A program made the translations under genes and the position numbers. The notes beneath the pieces are model-generated. The model did not search any database. It was not told the origin of the DNA and saw only the letters and a list, made by a program, of their open reading frames with translations. A stretch of 64,000 nucleotides of DNA from Thermodesulfobacteriota bacterium (GTDB lineage: Bacteria; Desulfobacterota; Desulfarculia; JACQYL01), in the NCBI GenBank assembly GCA_963675595.2, contig CAXXLZ010000001.1, positions 1,536,001 to 1,600,000 on the forward strand. The letters run 5' to 3'. Shown in pieces: positions 9,260 through 18,418 of this stretch. Each line of letters begins with the position of its first letter. Within the stretch, counting starts at the first letter, position 1.

Positions 9260-9822
9260 TCTTCTTCTATGAGATATTCCCTGCTTGCCTCTGAAGCGTG
9301 CACATACGCCGCGTCGGACGGTGCCTGCCGGGTCGGGGGTTCCGGTTTTCCGAGAAAGAGGGACACCACGGCCAGGATCGTGCCCAGGAAGAACAGGGCC
9401 CCGCCTACGGACAGGAGGCGGTGTTTGCATTTGGCCGATTTTCGGTAGAATTCCTCGATGGTGAGGGGGTCCTTTTTGTTCTTGCGGGGAGTCAGCCTAC
9501 GGGGGCAATCCTCCAGTACGTTGTAGCGGCGGGGAAACAGGGCCAGGAAGGTGAGCACGGCCGCGACCAACCAGCAAAGGAACACCACGAACAAACAGGA
9601 GGGGCAGAGCACCGCGTCCTTGCCGGCCGCCAGGGTCAGGGCCGCGGCGTAAAGGCCGGGGACGCCCAGTTCCAGTTTGAGCATCTCCCGAGCCGTGTCG
9701 TCCAGGCGTTGGACCTGGCGGACCGTTTCCTCGCGAAACGCGGCCACCAGGAATTCATCGCCGGGTGTGGGCGGTACGGTCCGGACAACGTCCGGGTCCC
9801 TGTGATTCCGTGGTTCCGTCAT
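9208..9822 (-). CDS. Three-TM membrane protein, Pycsar-effector (PycTM)-like topology; putative toxic effector
   Basis: Hydrophobic segments LGVPGLYAAALTLAA, CLFVVFLCWLVAAVLTFLALF followed by PR, and LLSVGGALFFLGTILAVVSLFLG preceded by basic residues; co-oriented downstream of the CHAT-STAND gene. Confidence 0.55.
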   Translation of the reverse strand: MTEPRNHRDPDVVRTVPPTPGDEFLVAAFREETVRQVQRLDDTAREMLKLELGVPGLYAAALTLAAGKDAVLCPSCLFVVFLCWLVAAVLTFLALFPRRYNVLEDCPRRLTPRKNKKDPLTIEEFYRKSAKCKHRLLSVGGALFFLGTILAVVSLFLGKPEPPTRQAPSDAAYVHASEASREYLIEEDRETFWKRFPCNPSQTF

Positions 9823-9921
9823 GAAAATGAAGGGCCTTGAGGGTGATAGGGTTTAAGGGCCGGTCGGGGTAAACCCGCCGGGCTCGGTGAGGCGATGCCT
9901 CCGTTCCCGAACCGGTGTGCT

Positions 9922-10209
9922 TCACTCTTTCTCCTGAGGCCGGGAGCCAAACACCCGACCGGCCAAAGCGTCCACCGGCAGGTCGTGCAGCGGAGGGAGA
10001 ACCGTCGTGCCGCCCTGATTGATGTCGAGGTACACGTCCACCCTCGCCACCTGATCCGCCGACAGTTCCACGGCGCAATTCGCCCTGCAATAGGGGCAGT
10101 CAACCAACTTGATCACTCGGTTCGACTCATCCACGTCTTGCTCCCAAATACGGAGGTGAAACGTGTGCTCGCACTTCCAACATTGTACCTTCATGGTGGG
10201 GTTGGCCAT
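9922..10209 (-). CDS. Small Zn-ribbon protein (CWKC...CPYC)
   Basis: Two CxxC pairs; GGAG RBS; starts 18 nt after the stop of the CHAT-STAND-TPR gene. Confidence 0.7.
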   Translation of the reverse strand: MANPTMKVQCWKCEHTFHLRIWEQDVDESNRVIKLVDCPYCRANCAVELSADQVARVDVYLDINQGGTTVLPPLHDLPVDALAGRVFGSRPQEKE

Positions 10210-10227
10210 GGTGTTCTCCAGCGTTGT

Positions 10228-13200
10228 TCAAAGCAGGTCGAATTTCACGCCCCGGGCTTTGGCCTGTTGCAATTGTTCCTCCCAAAAGGCCAAGCCGTTT
10301 TGTCCCATTCGGCGAGCCAGTTCATCCAGAGCCGTCAGCACCTGGGCCAGTTGGATTTTTTTGGCCAGGGCATAGGCACTCACCCAGGTCGACATGGCCT
10401 CCTCATGCTTATTCTTATGGGTGTGAATGAGCCCCATGTTGAACAAAGCATGACATAACCCAAAGACCTCACCGACCTCCCCCAGAATGGCCAGCGATTG
10501 CTTCAAATACTGCAACGCACCGTCATATTCGCCTCGCGCTTGGTAAATTTGAGAGATATTATTCAAGGAGGCTGCTTCGCCCTTTCGGTCCCCGATCTCC
10601 CTCTGAATGGCCAACGATTGGTTCAGATACTCCAACGCACTACTATAGTCCCCTAAAGCGTGCGCCGAAGTGGCCATATTGTTCAGGGCGGCGGCCTCGC
10701 CAAATCGGTATCTGATTTCTCTTTGAATGGCCAGCGATTGCTTCAGAAGCTTCAACGCAGTGCTATGGTCACCTCGGGCTTGGTGTACTTGCGAAATATT
10801 GATCAAGGAGGCTGCTGTGCCTTTTCGGTCCCCGATCTCCCTCTGAATGGCCAACGATTGATTCAAATACTCAAGTGCTGGGTCATACTCCCCCCGGGCT
10901 TCATATATTAACGAAATATTATTCAGGGTGGTGCCTTCGCCTTTTGGGTCTCCGATCTCCCTTTGAATCGCCAGCGATTGGTTCAGATACTCCAGCGCCC
11001 TTTCATTGTCCCCTCGGGCCTTATATATCTGCGAAATATTGTTCAGGGTGGCGCCTTCGCCCCTTCGGTCTCCGATTTTTCTTCTAATGGCCAGCGACTG
11101 GCTCAGATAATCTCGTGCCGTGTCGTAGTCACCTCGATCGTGCGCAACCATACCCATGCTATTGAGGCAGGTAGCTTCGCCGAATCGGTCTTGGATTTCC
11201 CTACATATGGCCATCGATTGATTCAGACACTCCAACTCCCTGTCAACGTCGCCTCGGACACCATAGATCTGCGAAATATTATTTAGGGTGGCTGCTGCGC
11301 CTTTTCGGTCCCCTATATCGCCGACTATGGCCATCGATTGATTCAGATACACTAGAGCAGTATCAAAATCTCCTCGCGCCTGGTAGATTTGGGAAATATT
11401 ATTCAGGGTGGCACACTCTCCGGCTCTTTCTCCAATGTCCCTGACTATCGCGAGCGATTGCTTTAGATACTGCAATGCTGTAGCACTGTCTCCTGTTTGA
11501 TGCGTACACATACCTTGAAAGTTGAGTGCCATGGCGCAGGTCTTTTTGGATGAAGATTCCAGCAAGGGAGGCAACCAGGTGGTGCGCAGGCTCTGATACA
11601 TGCCTCTCTTCATGAAATGGTCGGCCAAATAATCCAGGACCAGTTGATGGGCTTCCTCCATCCGCTCCGCTTTGACCAAAGCGCCGTGGCAGACAATCGC
11701 ATGCGAAATAAAGGGCTTGAGTTGCCTCAGCACCCGCAGTTGATGATCCGCCGCGCGCTCCCGAATCTCCTGTTCCGGGGCCGGCTCGACCCTATCCAAC
11801 CATTCGACCAACACGGGATTGAGGCTGTAGCAGGGCAGCATCAGGCCATCGTCCCGGCTCACGTCCAACAGGGAATAAGCCACCAAGTTTTCCAGCAGGC
11901 CTTCCGGGCCTTCCAGGTCACGAGCCATGAGGAATACCCCGTCCTCGATGACCGGCACGTCGTAGGCCCGCATGCGGGACAGCAAGGTCCGTTCCTCCGG
12001 CTGCAACCGCTCCACCAGCGATTCCAGGGCGGCATACACCCGCAGTTCCTCTTGGGCCTCGCGGACGCGCTGGAGGAGTGACCCTTCGTCCACCCCCAGG
12101 GCCCCGGCTTGCGCGAAAAACTGCAACCCTTTGAAATTGCCGCCCAACGCCCGGTACACGGCGCGAAGATGGTCCCGCGCCACTCCTCCCACGGCCGGCT
12201 CCTGGGCATACCGCACGAAGTCCCCGTAGCTCGCGGGTTCCAGGGGATGATGCCGGACCTTGGCGCCTTCCAATCCCGGGACCTGCCGACGGGAGGTGAG
12301 GAGGGTCAAGGGAGCCTGTGCCCCCATGGCCGAACACGCTTCCAGCCAAGCCTTCAATTCCGGGTCATTGATTTCCCGCGTGTCCGGGTCCTGCACCGTT
12401 TCCAGATTATCCAGGAGCAGCACCAGGCGCCCTTGGGTCTGATTCATCAACGCGCGGATGAGCAGTTGGTACTGATCCTTGCGGCTGGAGAGCCGTCCCC
12501 AGTTTTGATTGACCTGCTCCGACAGGGAGCCCTCCAGGGTCAGGTGCAGGTCCGTGACAAAGGCGTTCCAGGGGTCCTCCCGCCGGGCCGAATAGGTGAC
12601 CACCGCATGGCCCTTTTCCTCCAGAATCTTGGCCAGGCGGCAGGCCAGGGCGGTCTTGCCCATGCCCCCCATGCCGGTGAGGACCAGCAACCGGGTTGCG
12701 CCGGATTCCAATTCCTTGAGCAAGGTGCGCAGTTCCCGACGCCGTCCGATGAACCGTTCGGGGAATTCCACTCCGGCGTAGCTGTCGTACAAGGGGAGGC
12801 TTTGATGCGGCGGTTCGGGATCGAAGTCCCAGTCCAGCACGCGGGTGTCCGAAGCGCGGGCGTACAGCACGGGCAGGCACCACTGCCCCAGGCCGGTTTC
12901 GCCGCCGTTCCCACTTGCATCCGTGCCACCTCCCATCGGGAGGAACCGGGTCATGGCCTGCCGGGCCGTTTGCAGAGCCGTATCCACCCGCTCCTTCCCG
13001 CCCACGGCGTCGCAGAAGGCCCGGGCGAAGCGGATCCCGGCCAAGTCGAGCACCGGTTCGCGCATGCCGGCCACCAGAGGGATTCCCTGCCGGATCAAGC
13101 CCATGGCCAGTCCCGTGTTCAGGCTGTCCGACGCGATGCGGCCCGACTGACACGCGGAAAGCACCACGGCTCGGGTGTGGGCTTGGCCGGCGAAACACGC

Positions 13201-13902
13201 GGCGATGTCTTCCGCGCTCCTCGGGTCTCCTCGGCCGTCGTCCCTTTCGAACACAAAGAAGGATCGGGCGGGGCCGTCCCCAAAATCGTCTTGTTGGAAC
13301 ATCCCGTGGCCGCTCAGGAACACCACATGATAATCCCCGGCAGCCACCAGCTTCTGAAAGGTGTCGAAACGTCCGTCGTCGGGAGCTTCCAACGTCACCC
13401 AACCGTCCCGCACCCACGGGGTGAAGGCTTCCAGCACGTTCTCCCGTTCGCTTTCCGTGTCCAGGCGGCCCGTTTCCTCCAAATCGTCGGGAAGAGACGT
13501 GAAGAGCAGCACCCGCAAGGGTCCCTTATCCAAAGGAGCCCCGTCGGTTCGGGCCCCGCCCACCCGGCGCAGGAGGGTCACGTGGGGGCTGCACCCCAAA
13601 AAGCCCAACGTGGGGTGATGCAGGGTCTCCCAGGGCAAGGCCATGACGGCCGGGTCTTGGGAAGCGATGACCAACGGAAGAATCAGCGGCTTGGCGTCCT
13701 CCAGGGCCCGTTGGAAGTCGGCTTCCGCATCCAGGGCTTCCCAAAGAGCGCGGCCCATTTGTTCGAGGTCGTCGTCCGTGACGACTTCTTTGTACACGTA
13801 CTTCATGGATAGTTGACGGGCCAGGTGATTCAGGCGGGGGACGCGCTCCAACAGATCACGGGGCGGTTCAAGCACCAGGGGTTCGGCGGTTTCCAAAGGC
13901 AC
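10228..13902 (-). CDS. CHAT (caspase-like) protease - STAND/NB-ARC-type NTPase - TPR repeat protein
   Basis: CHAT motifs LPWETL, FLSGHG (catalytic His) and LSACQSG (catalytic Cys); FIGRRREL, Walker A GMGGMGKT, Walker B LLLDNLE; 40-aa TPR repeats (LNQSLAIQREIGDRKGEA.TLNNISQIY); GTG start with GAGGAG RBS. Confidence 0.9.
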   Translation of the reverse strand: MPLETAEPLVLEPPRDLLERVPRLNHLARQLSMKYVYKEVVTDDDLEQMGRALWEALDAEADFQRALEDAKPLILPLVIASQDPAVMALPWETLHHPTLGFLGCSPHVTLLRRVGGARTDGAPLDKGPLRVLLFTSLPDDLEETGRLDTESERENVLEAFTPWVRDGWVTLEAPDDGRFDTFQKLVAAGDYHVVFLSGHGMFQQDDFGDGPARSFFVFERDDGRGDPRSAEDIAACFAGQAHTRAVVLSACQSGRIASDSLNTGLAMGLIRQGIPLVAGMREPVLDLAGIRFARAFCDAVGGKERVDTALQTARQAMTRFLPMGGGTDASGNGGETGLGQWCLPVLYARASDTRVLDWDFDPEPPHQSLPLYDSYAGVEFPERFIGRRRELRTLLKELESGATRLLVLTGMGGMGKTALACRLAKILEEKGHAVVTYSARREDPWNAFVTDLHLTLEGSLSEQVNQNWGRLSSRKDQYQLLIRALMNQTQGRLVLLLDNLETVQDPDTREINDPELKAWLEACSAMGAQAPLTLLTSRRQVPGLEGAKVRHHPLEPASYGDFVRYAQEPAVGGVARDHLRAVYRALGGNFKGLQFFAQAGALGVDEGSLLQRVREAQEELRVYAALESLVERLQPEERTLLSRMRAYDVPVIEDGVFLMARDLEGPEGLLENLVAYSLLDVSRDDGLMLPCYSLNPVLVEWLDRVEPAPEQEIRERAADHQLRVLRQLKPFISHAIVCHGALVKAERMEEAHQLVLDYLADHFMKRGMYQSLRTTWLPPLLESSSKKTCAMALNFQGMCTHQTGDSATALQYLKQSLAIVRDIGERAGECATLNNISQIYQARGDFDTALVYLNQSMAIVGDIGDRKGAAATLNNISQIYGVRGDVDRELECLNQSMAICREIQDRFGEATCLNSMGMVAHDRGDYDTARDYLSQSLAIRRKIGDRRGEGATLNNISQIYKARGDNERALEYLNQSLAIQREIGDPKGEGTTLNNISLIYEARGEYDPALEYLNQSLAIQREIGDRKGTAASLINISQVHQARGDHSTALKLLKQSLAIQREIRYRFGEAAALNNMATSAHALGDYSSALEYLNQSLAIQREIGDRKGEAASLNNISQIYQARGEYDGALQYLKQSLAILGEVGEVFGLCHALFNMGLIHTHKNKHEEAMSTWVSAYALAKKIQLAQVLTALDELARRMGQNGLAFWEEQLQQAKARGVKFDLL
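10441..11520 (-). repeat. Nine tandem 120-nt coding repeats (40-aa TPR units)
   Basis: CCAGCGATTG-like motif recurs at 10491, 10611, 10731, 10851, 10971, 11091, 11211, 11331 and 11451, an exact 120-nt period. Confidence 0.92.
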
Positions 13903-14228
13903 GGCGGAGTCTCCTCATGTTGGAGAGAGCGCGTTCGGATGCGGGAGAAAGACTTATGAAATTTGAAGCATAGCGAAAAAACGGGTTTCAGAAAAGGGAA
14001 TTCTTCCGGGAAAGGGAGGATCACCCCGAAATCCGTCACAGGAGCGACCGTGCCTTTCCTTGCCGCCGCACCGGGTTCTTCCTCCTCGTTCCATGGAAGA
14101 ATCCATGGCGCCGGAACAGGCGGCGTCCCGACGGTTTCAGCCTGGTGTTTCGTTGCGTAACTTCTTACTACCTTTTGGCCCCGCGAAACCGGTGTATGAA
14201 CGATCCGTGAACTCCATGCTCCCTGGAG

Positions 14229-14315
14229 AGCCGCTCCGCTGTGAGCGGTGCGGCCATGCTCGAAGGTTTGGCGGGGGGTCTGGGGGGTGCTTTTTTCAAA
14301 AGCATCCCCCAGTAT
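14229..14315. repeat. Palindromic intergenic repeat, family A copy 3
   Basis: AGCCGCTCCGCTGTGAGCGGTGCGG...GGTTTGGCGGGGGGTCTGGGGGGTGCTTTTTTCAAAAGCATCCCCCAGTAT. Confidence 0.8.
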
Positions 14316-14329
14316 GGGGATCTCCGCGG

Positions 14330-15256
14330 TTAAGCACTAGTCCCCTTGCCCTTTCCCCGCCATTCTCCCAGAAACACGCCCAGGCCCAGGGGGGAAGCAG
14401 CTTTAAGCAGGGATTCCAGGGCCTCGATGAAAGGTTCCTCGCCCCGCCAGAACGGGAACGCGCCCAGGCGTCGGATGAGGGGCGCGGAAGCCGCCGGAGC
14501 TTCCGCCTCGTCCCGGAAATCCACCGGGTCCCCGGATTCCGGTCCCACGCCCCAGAACCGGATCGGGTCCGAGGGGAGGGGTTCCGGAGCGTCCCCACAT
14601 TCTTCTTCCGTCTCCGGGCAAGTTTCCTCATCTTTTACTTTAGGTTTTTGTTTTAAGTATTGACCCAACAGATGGATCAGTTCTTCCCGTTCCAGGCCGC
14701 GAAGCTTGAAGATCAAAAAGGGGTCCCGGTCGAATTCCTCGCCCAGCAGGTAGTGGACGGCCGCGATGTGTTTGCAGGGATTGGACCAGTCCGGGCAGGA
14801 ACACTCCGTGGCGATATCCGCGCTTTTGGTGGGGAACAGGGGCACCCGCGCCCGGCCGAAGACCTCCTCGATGCTTTCGGGCATTTCACCGGCCAGGAGT
14901 CTCGCGGCGAACACGGCGGTTTCCGAAAGCTTTTGGGCCACCAGGGTCCATTGGGCGTCCGTGAGGGTCTTCACCCGCATTGCCACTTTGTACGGTCGGG
15001 CTCGGGAGCCCTGGACCTGCGCGGAAACCGTGCCTTTGCCGATTTCGATGGAAATCACCTGCCCCTTGCGCGCGTAAGTTCTTCCCCGATTCAGGCGCGC
15101 ACCGATGTTGAAGCTTTCAATGATCCCGATCCACCGCTTGGCCCACCAGGATCGGCCGAACCCGCCGCGTTGGGTTTGAGCCTTGATGCCGCCCTTGGCC
15201 TCCCTGGGTTGGGACGGTGGATAGTAGTAATCGTAGTATCCGCGTCGTCGCACCAT
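14330..15256 (-). CDS. SWIM zinc-finger protein (partner of SNF2 ATPase)
   Basis: WWAKRW...RLNRGRTYAR.G.V...VQGS..PY and SWIM motif CSCPDWSNPCKHIAAV...DPFLIFKLRG; ATG 15256 lies 2 nt after the SNF2 stop. Confidence 0.88.
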   Translation of the reverse strand: MVRRRGYYDYYYPPSQPREAKGGIKAQTQRGGFGRSWWAKRWIGIIESFNIGARLNRGRTYARKGQVISIEIGKGTVSAQVQGSRARPYKVAMRVKTLTDAQWTLVAQKLSETAVFAARLLAGEMPESIEEVFGRARVPLFPTKSADIATECSCPDWSNPCKHIAAVHYLLGEEFDRDPFLIFKLRGLEREELIHLLGQYLKQKPKVKDEETCPETEEECGDAPEPLPSDPIRFWGVGPESGDPVDFRDEAEAPAASAPLIRRLGAFPFWRGEEPFIEALESLLKAASPLGLGVFLGEWRGKGKGTSA

Positions 15257-15258
15257 GA

Positions 15259-18200
15259 CTAGGCTCCCGCAAGGTCCTTGTTCAAGGAGAAGAGGTTCTT
15301 CAGTTCCTCGTTGGAAAGTTCGGTGAGCCACCCCTCCCCCGAACCCACCACGTCCTCGGCGATTCCCTTTTTGCGTTCGATCATCTCGTCGATCTTGTCT
15401 TCCAGGGTGCCCGCGCAGATGAATTTGTGCACCTGCACGTTTCGTGTCTGCCCGATGCGAAAGGCCCGGTCCGTGGCCTGGTTTTCCACCGCGGGATTCC
15501 ACCAGCGGTCGAAATGGAACACGTGATTCGCATTGGTGAGGTTCAACCCCACGCCGCCCGCCTTGAGGGACAGGATGAAGAACATGGGCGCATGGGTCGG
15601 GTCCTGAAACCGCTCGACCATGCGTTCCCGCTTTTTGGAGGGAACCCCTCCGTGCAGGAAAAGCGCCTCCATGCCGAAGGTTTCTTCAAGGTATTGACGA
15701 AGGAGTTCTCCCATTTCGGCGAACTGGCTGAAAATCAGGGAGCGTTCCCCCATGTCCACGACCTCCTCGAGCATTTCCGTGAGCCGCTCCAGTTTGCCCG
15801 AACGGCCCGGTACGGAAGAATGATCGCGCAGGAACTGGGCGGGATGATTGCACACCTGCTTGAGCTTGGAAAGGGTCGCCAGCACCAACCCCTTCCGCTG
15901 GATGCCCTCGGCGCCCTCCAACGCCTCGCGGACCTCCTTGAGCACCGCTTCGTACAGGGTGACCTGTTCCTTGGTGAGGGAGCAATAGACCTTCATCTCG
16001 TTCTTTTCCGGCAGGTCCGAAATGATGTTCCGGTCGGTCTTGAGACGGCGCAGAATGAAGGGTCCGGTGATGCGTTTGAGGCGCGACACGGCGTCGGCAT
16101 CGTTTCTCGACTGAATGGGCACGAAGAACCGTTTCTTGAATTCCGCGCGGTTGCCCAGCAGGCCCGGATTGAGGAACTCCATGACGGACCAGAGGTCTCC
16201 CACGTTGTTTTCCACCGGAGTGCCCGTCAAGGCGATGCGGTAGCCCGAGGGCAGGGAGCGCACGGCCCGCGCCTGTTTGGTCTCGGGGTTCTTGATGTTC
16301 TGGGCTTCGTCCACCACCACGCCGTCCCACAGGATTTCCTTGAGGAAACGCACGTCCCTCTGCACCAGAGCGTAGGTCGTGACCACCAGGGCCGACCGGG
16401 CGGCCCGCTTCTTGAAATCCTCCTCCTTCCTGCGGGTCAATCCGTGATGCACGTAAACGGAAAGGTCGGGCGTGAAGCGTTCCGCTTCCTTGCGCCAGTT
16501 CTGGGCCACGCTCATGGGGCAGATGAGCAGCACCGGGCCTTTGCCGTTGTCTTCCCAATCGCGCCGGATCAGGGCCAGGGTCTGAATGGTCTTTCCCAGG
16601 CCCATGTCGTCGGCAAGGCAGGCTCCCAGGCCCCATTGCCGCAGAAAGGCCAGCCAGGAATACCCCCGGACCTGGTAGGGACGAAGCGTGCCGGAAAAAC
16701 TTTCCGGGGGCGGCAGCTCCTCAAACGACCGGCGACCTTCCAGTTGTTCCAGGAACCCCTGAAGCGGGCCCTCGGCTCGAATCCCGTCGAAAGCCAGGCC
16801 GGGAGCCGCTTCCCGGGCTCCCAATTGCAGGTGAACCAGGTCCAGCAGCGTGGCCTCTCGTGCCTTGCGGCTTTTGAGAAAGTCGGCGGCCGCGGCCATC
16901 TCCGAGGCGTTCACTTCCACCCATTGACCCCGAATCTCGACCAGGGGGGCCTTCATCGCGGCCAGGGTCTGAAGTTCCGCAAAGGTCAGTTGCCTCCCGC
17001 CCAATGCCGCTTCCCAGTCGAATCGGACGATGCTGTTGAGGGACAGCAGGCCCGAGCCTTTGGTTTTCTCCGTGCGCACGGCGGCCCGAACCGAGAGCTT
17101 GGCCTTGGCGCCGCTGCGGGTCCACCAGGACGGCACCAGGACGCCGAACCCGGCCTGCTCCAGGGTCGGACTCTTGTCCGTGAGAAACTCGTGCGCGCCG
17201 GGCGTGTCCAGTTCGTATCCGGAGGGCTTTTCGGTATGGAGGCTCCGTTCGATGCGCGGACAGATTCCCGCCGCCTGTCCCAGGGACGCGAGGGCGAATT
17301 CCAGCGGGTCTTCCCCCAAGGCCGCAACCCGCTCCTTTTTTCGCTTAAGGCCGGACCACACGTCTTCCAACGGAATCAACAGGCTCGGATCGTTTCGCGG
17401 ATGAATCAGATAACGAACGAACCAGTTTTTCAGCACTCGTCTGTTGCGCCCCGTGCCCATGACGTTTCCGGGTTCTTCGAGGCGCAGACACAGCCGAAGG
17501 GAAGCGTTGGACAGGGTCTCCAGGCGGCGACGCCAGCGTTTGATCTCCCCGGTCAGTTCCGCCACCTCCCGCTTTTCCGCCTCCACCGCGCCGTCGGGCG
17601 TGGTCAAGGCGTCGAACCAGGCGTCGTGCACGCTTGGAAAGGCGGCGTCACCCCTCCGGGAACGCTTGGCGCTCGTCTTGAACGGGGGCGGAGGGGCGAG
17701 GCGCATCATGGCGTCCACGCTCTCCGCGATGAACGAATGGAGCACCGCTCGAGCCGACGTCGTGGGAGCCTCCCGCGTTCCCGGGTCCGTGAAGGCGCGC
17801 GCAGCCGGGGGCATGCGCTTCGCCAACGCGTCCAGTTGCTCCGCGTCCCTTCCCGGCATCACGGGCTCCCATACGGCCCGGGCCGGTTCTTCGTCCGGCA
17901 ACAGGCCGGGAACGATTCTTCTGCGGGCGATGAGGGAACCGGCGAAACGCAGGGCCTCGGCCCAGAAGGAAACATCGTTTCCCACGACCAGACCTCGGTC
18001 GAGGGTCCGTTTGCCCATGCACGCGCACAGCAGTTCCACGGTTTCCCGCCCGCACAAGGGATAGACCTCCACCAGGCAGGGCTTGAGGAGGGGCTCATCG
18101 TCCGGCCCGGAAAGGTCGGCAATGAGTCCGCTCGACGGCGCCGGGCCCTCCTTGGTCCAGGGAACCCAGAACAGGGCCGTGGGGGGGTTCTTTTCGTGCG

Positions 18201-18399
18201 GGTCGATCCCGATTTCCGTTCCGGCCTTGGTCAAGGCCTCGGCAAGGACCCCGATGCCGGGATCGTAGGGATACCGAACCGACTTGCGTGATTTGGAGGG
18301 TTTCCCGCCGCCGGTGCCGGACCCGACAAATTCGGGGTTCGGAGCTTCGCACCACAAGAACGGAAACCCGAGGTAGACACCCATATGAAGCACGATCAT
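15259..18399 (-). CDS. SWI2/SNF2-family helicase/ATPase with N-terminal extension
   Basis: LRPYQ, LADDMGLGKT, DEAQNIKN, LTGTPVEN, SLKAGGVGLNLT, RWWNPAVENQATDRAFRIGQ. Confidence 0.95.
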   Translation of the reverse strand: MIVLHMGVYLGFPFLWCEAPNPEFVGSGTGGGKPSKSRKSVRYPYDPGIGVLAEALTKAGTEIGIDPHEKNPPTALFWVPWTKEGPAPSSGLIADLSGPDDEPLLKPCLVEVYPLCGRETVELLCACMGKRTLDRGLVVGNDVSFWAEALRFAGSLIARRRIVPGLLPDEEPARAVWEPVMPGRDAEQLDALAKRMPPAARAFTDPGTREAPTTSARAVLHSFIAESVDAMMRLAPPPPFKTSAKRSRRGDAAFPSVHDAWFDALTTPDGAVEAEKREVAELTGEIKRWRRRLETLSNASLRLCLRLEEPGNVMGTGRNRRVLKNWFVRYLIHPRNDPSLLIPLEDVWSGLKRKKERVAALGEDPLEFALASLGQAAGICPRIERSLHTEKPSGYELDTPGAHEFLTDKSPTLEQAGFGVLVPSWWTRSGAKAKLSVRAAVRTEKTKGSGLLSLNSIVRFDWEAALGGRQLTFAELQTLAAMKAPLVEIRGQWVEVNASEMAAAADFLKSRKAREATLLDLVHLQLGAREAAPGLAFDGIRAEGPLQGFLEQLEGRRSFEELPPPESFSGTLRPYQVRGYSWLAFLRQWGLGACLADDMGLGKTIQTLALIRRDWEDNGKGPVLLICPMSVAQNWRKEAERFTPDLSVYVHHGLTRRKEEDFKKRAARSALVVTTYALVQRDVRFLKEILWDGVVVDEAQNIKNPETKQARAVRSLPSGYRIALTGTPVENNVGDLWSVMEFLNPGLLGNRAEFKKRFFVPIQSRNDADAVSRLKRITGPFILRRLKTDRNIISDLPEKNEMKVYCSLTKEQVTLYEAVLKEVREALEGAEGIQRKGLVLATLSKLKQVCNHPAQFLRDHSSVPGRSGKLERLTEMLEEVVDMGERSLIFSQFAEMGELLRQYLEETFGMEALFLHGGVPSKKRERMVERFQDPTHAPMFFILSLKAGGVGLNLTNANHVFHFDRWWNPAVENQATDRAFRIGQTRNVQVHKFICAGTLEDKIDEMIERKKGIAEDVVGSGEGWLTELSNEELKNLFSLNKDLAGA

Positions 18400-18418
18400 G
18401 GCGGACGACCTTTGCCTT

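Noticed and set aside
10441-11520. Regularly spaced repeats as a possible CRISPR array or DGR template
   Set aside because: Units are 120-nt in-frame coding TPR repeats without unique spacers; no cas or reverse transcriptase gene is present.
15427-18291. 954-aa plus-strand ORF and other long antisense ORFs (12109-13812, 25513-27168, 55235-56689, 59989-61326)
   Set aside because: Shadow ORFs opposite well-supported genes in GC-rich DNA; no recognisable motifs.
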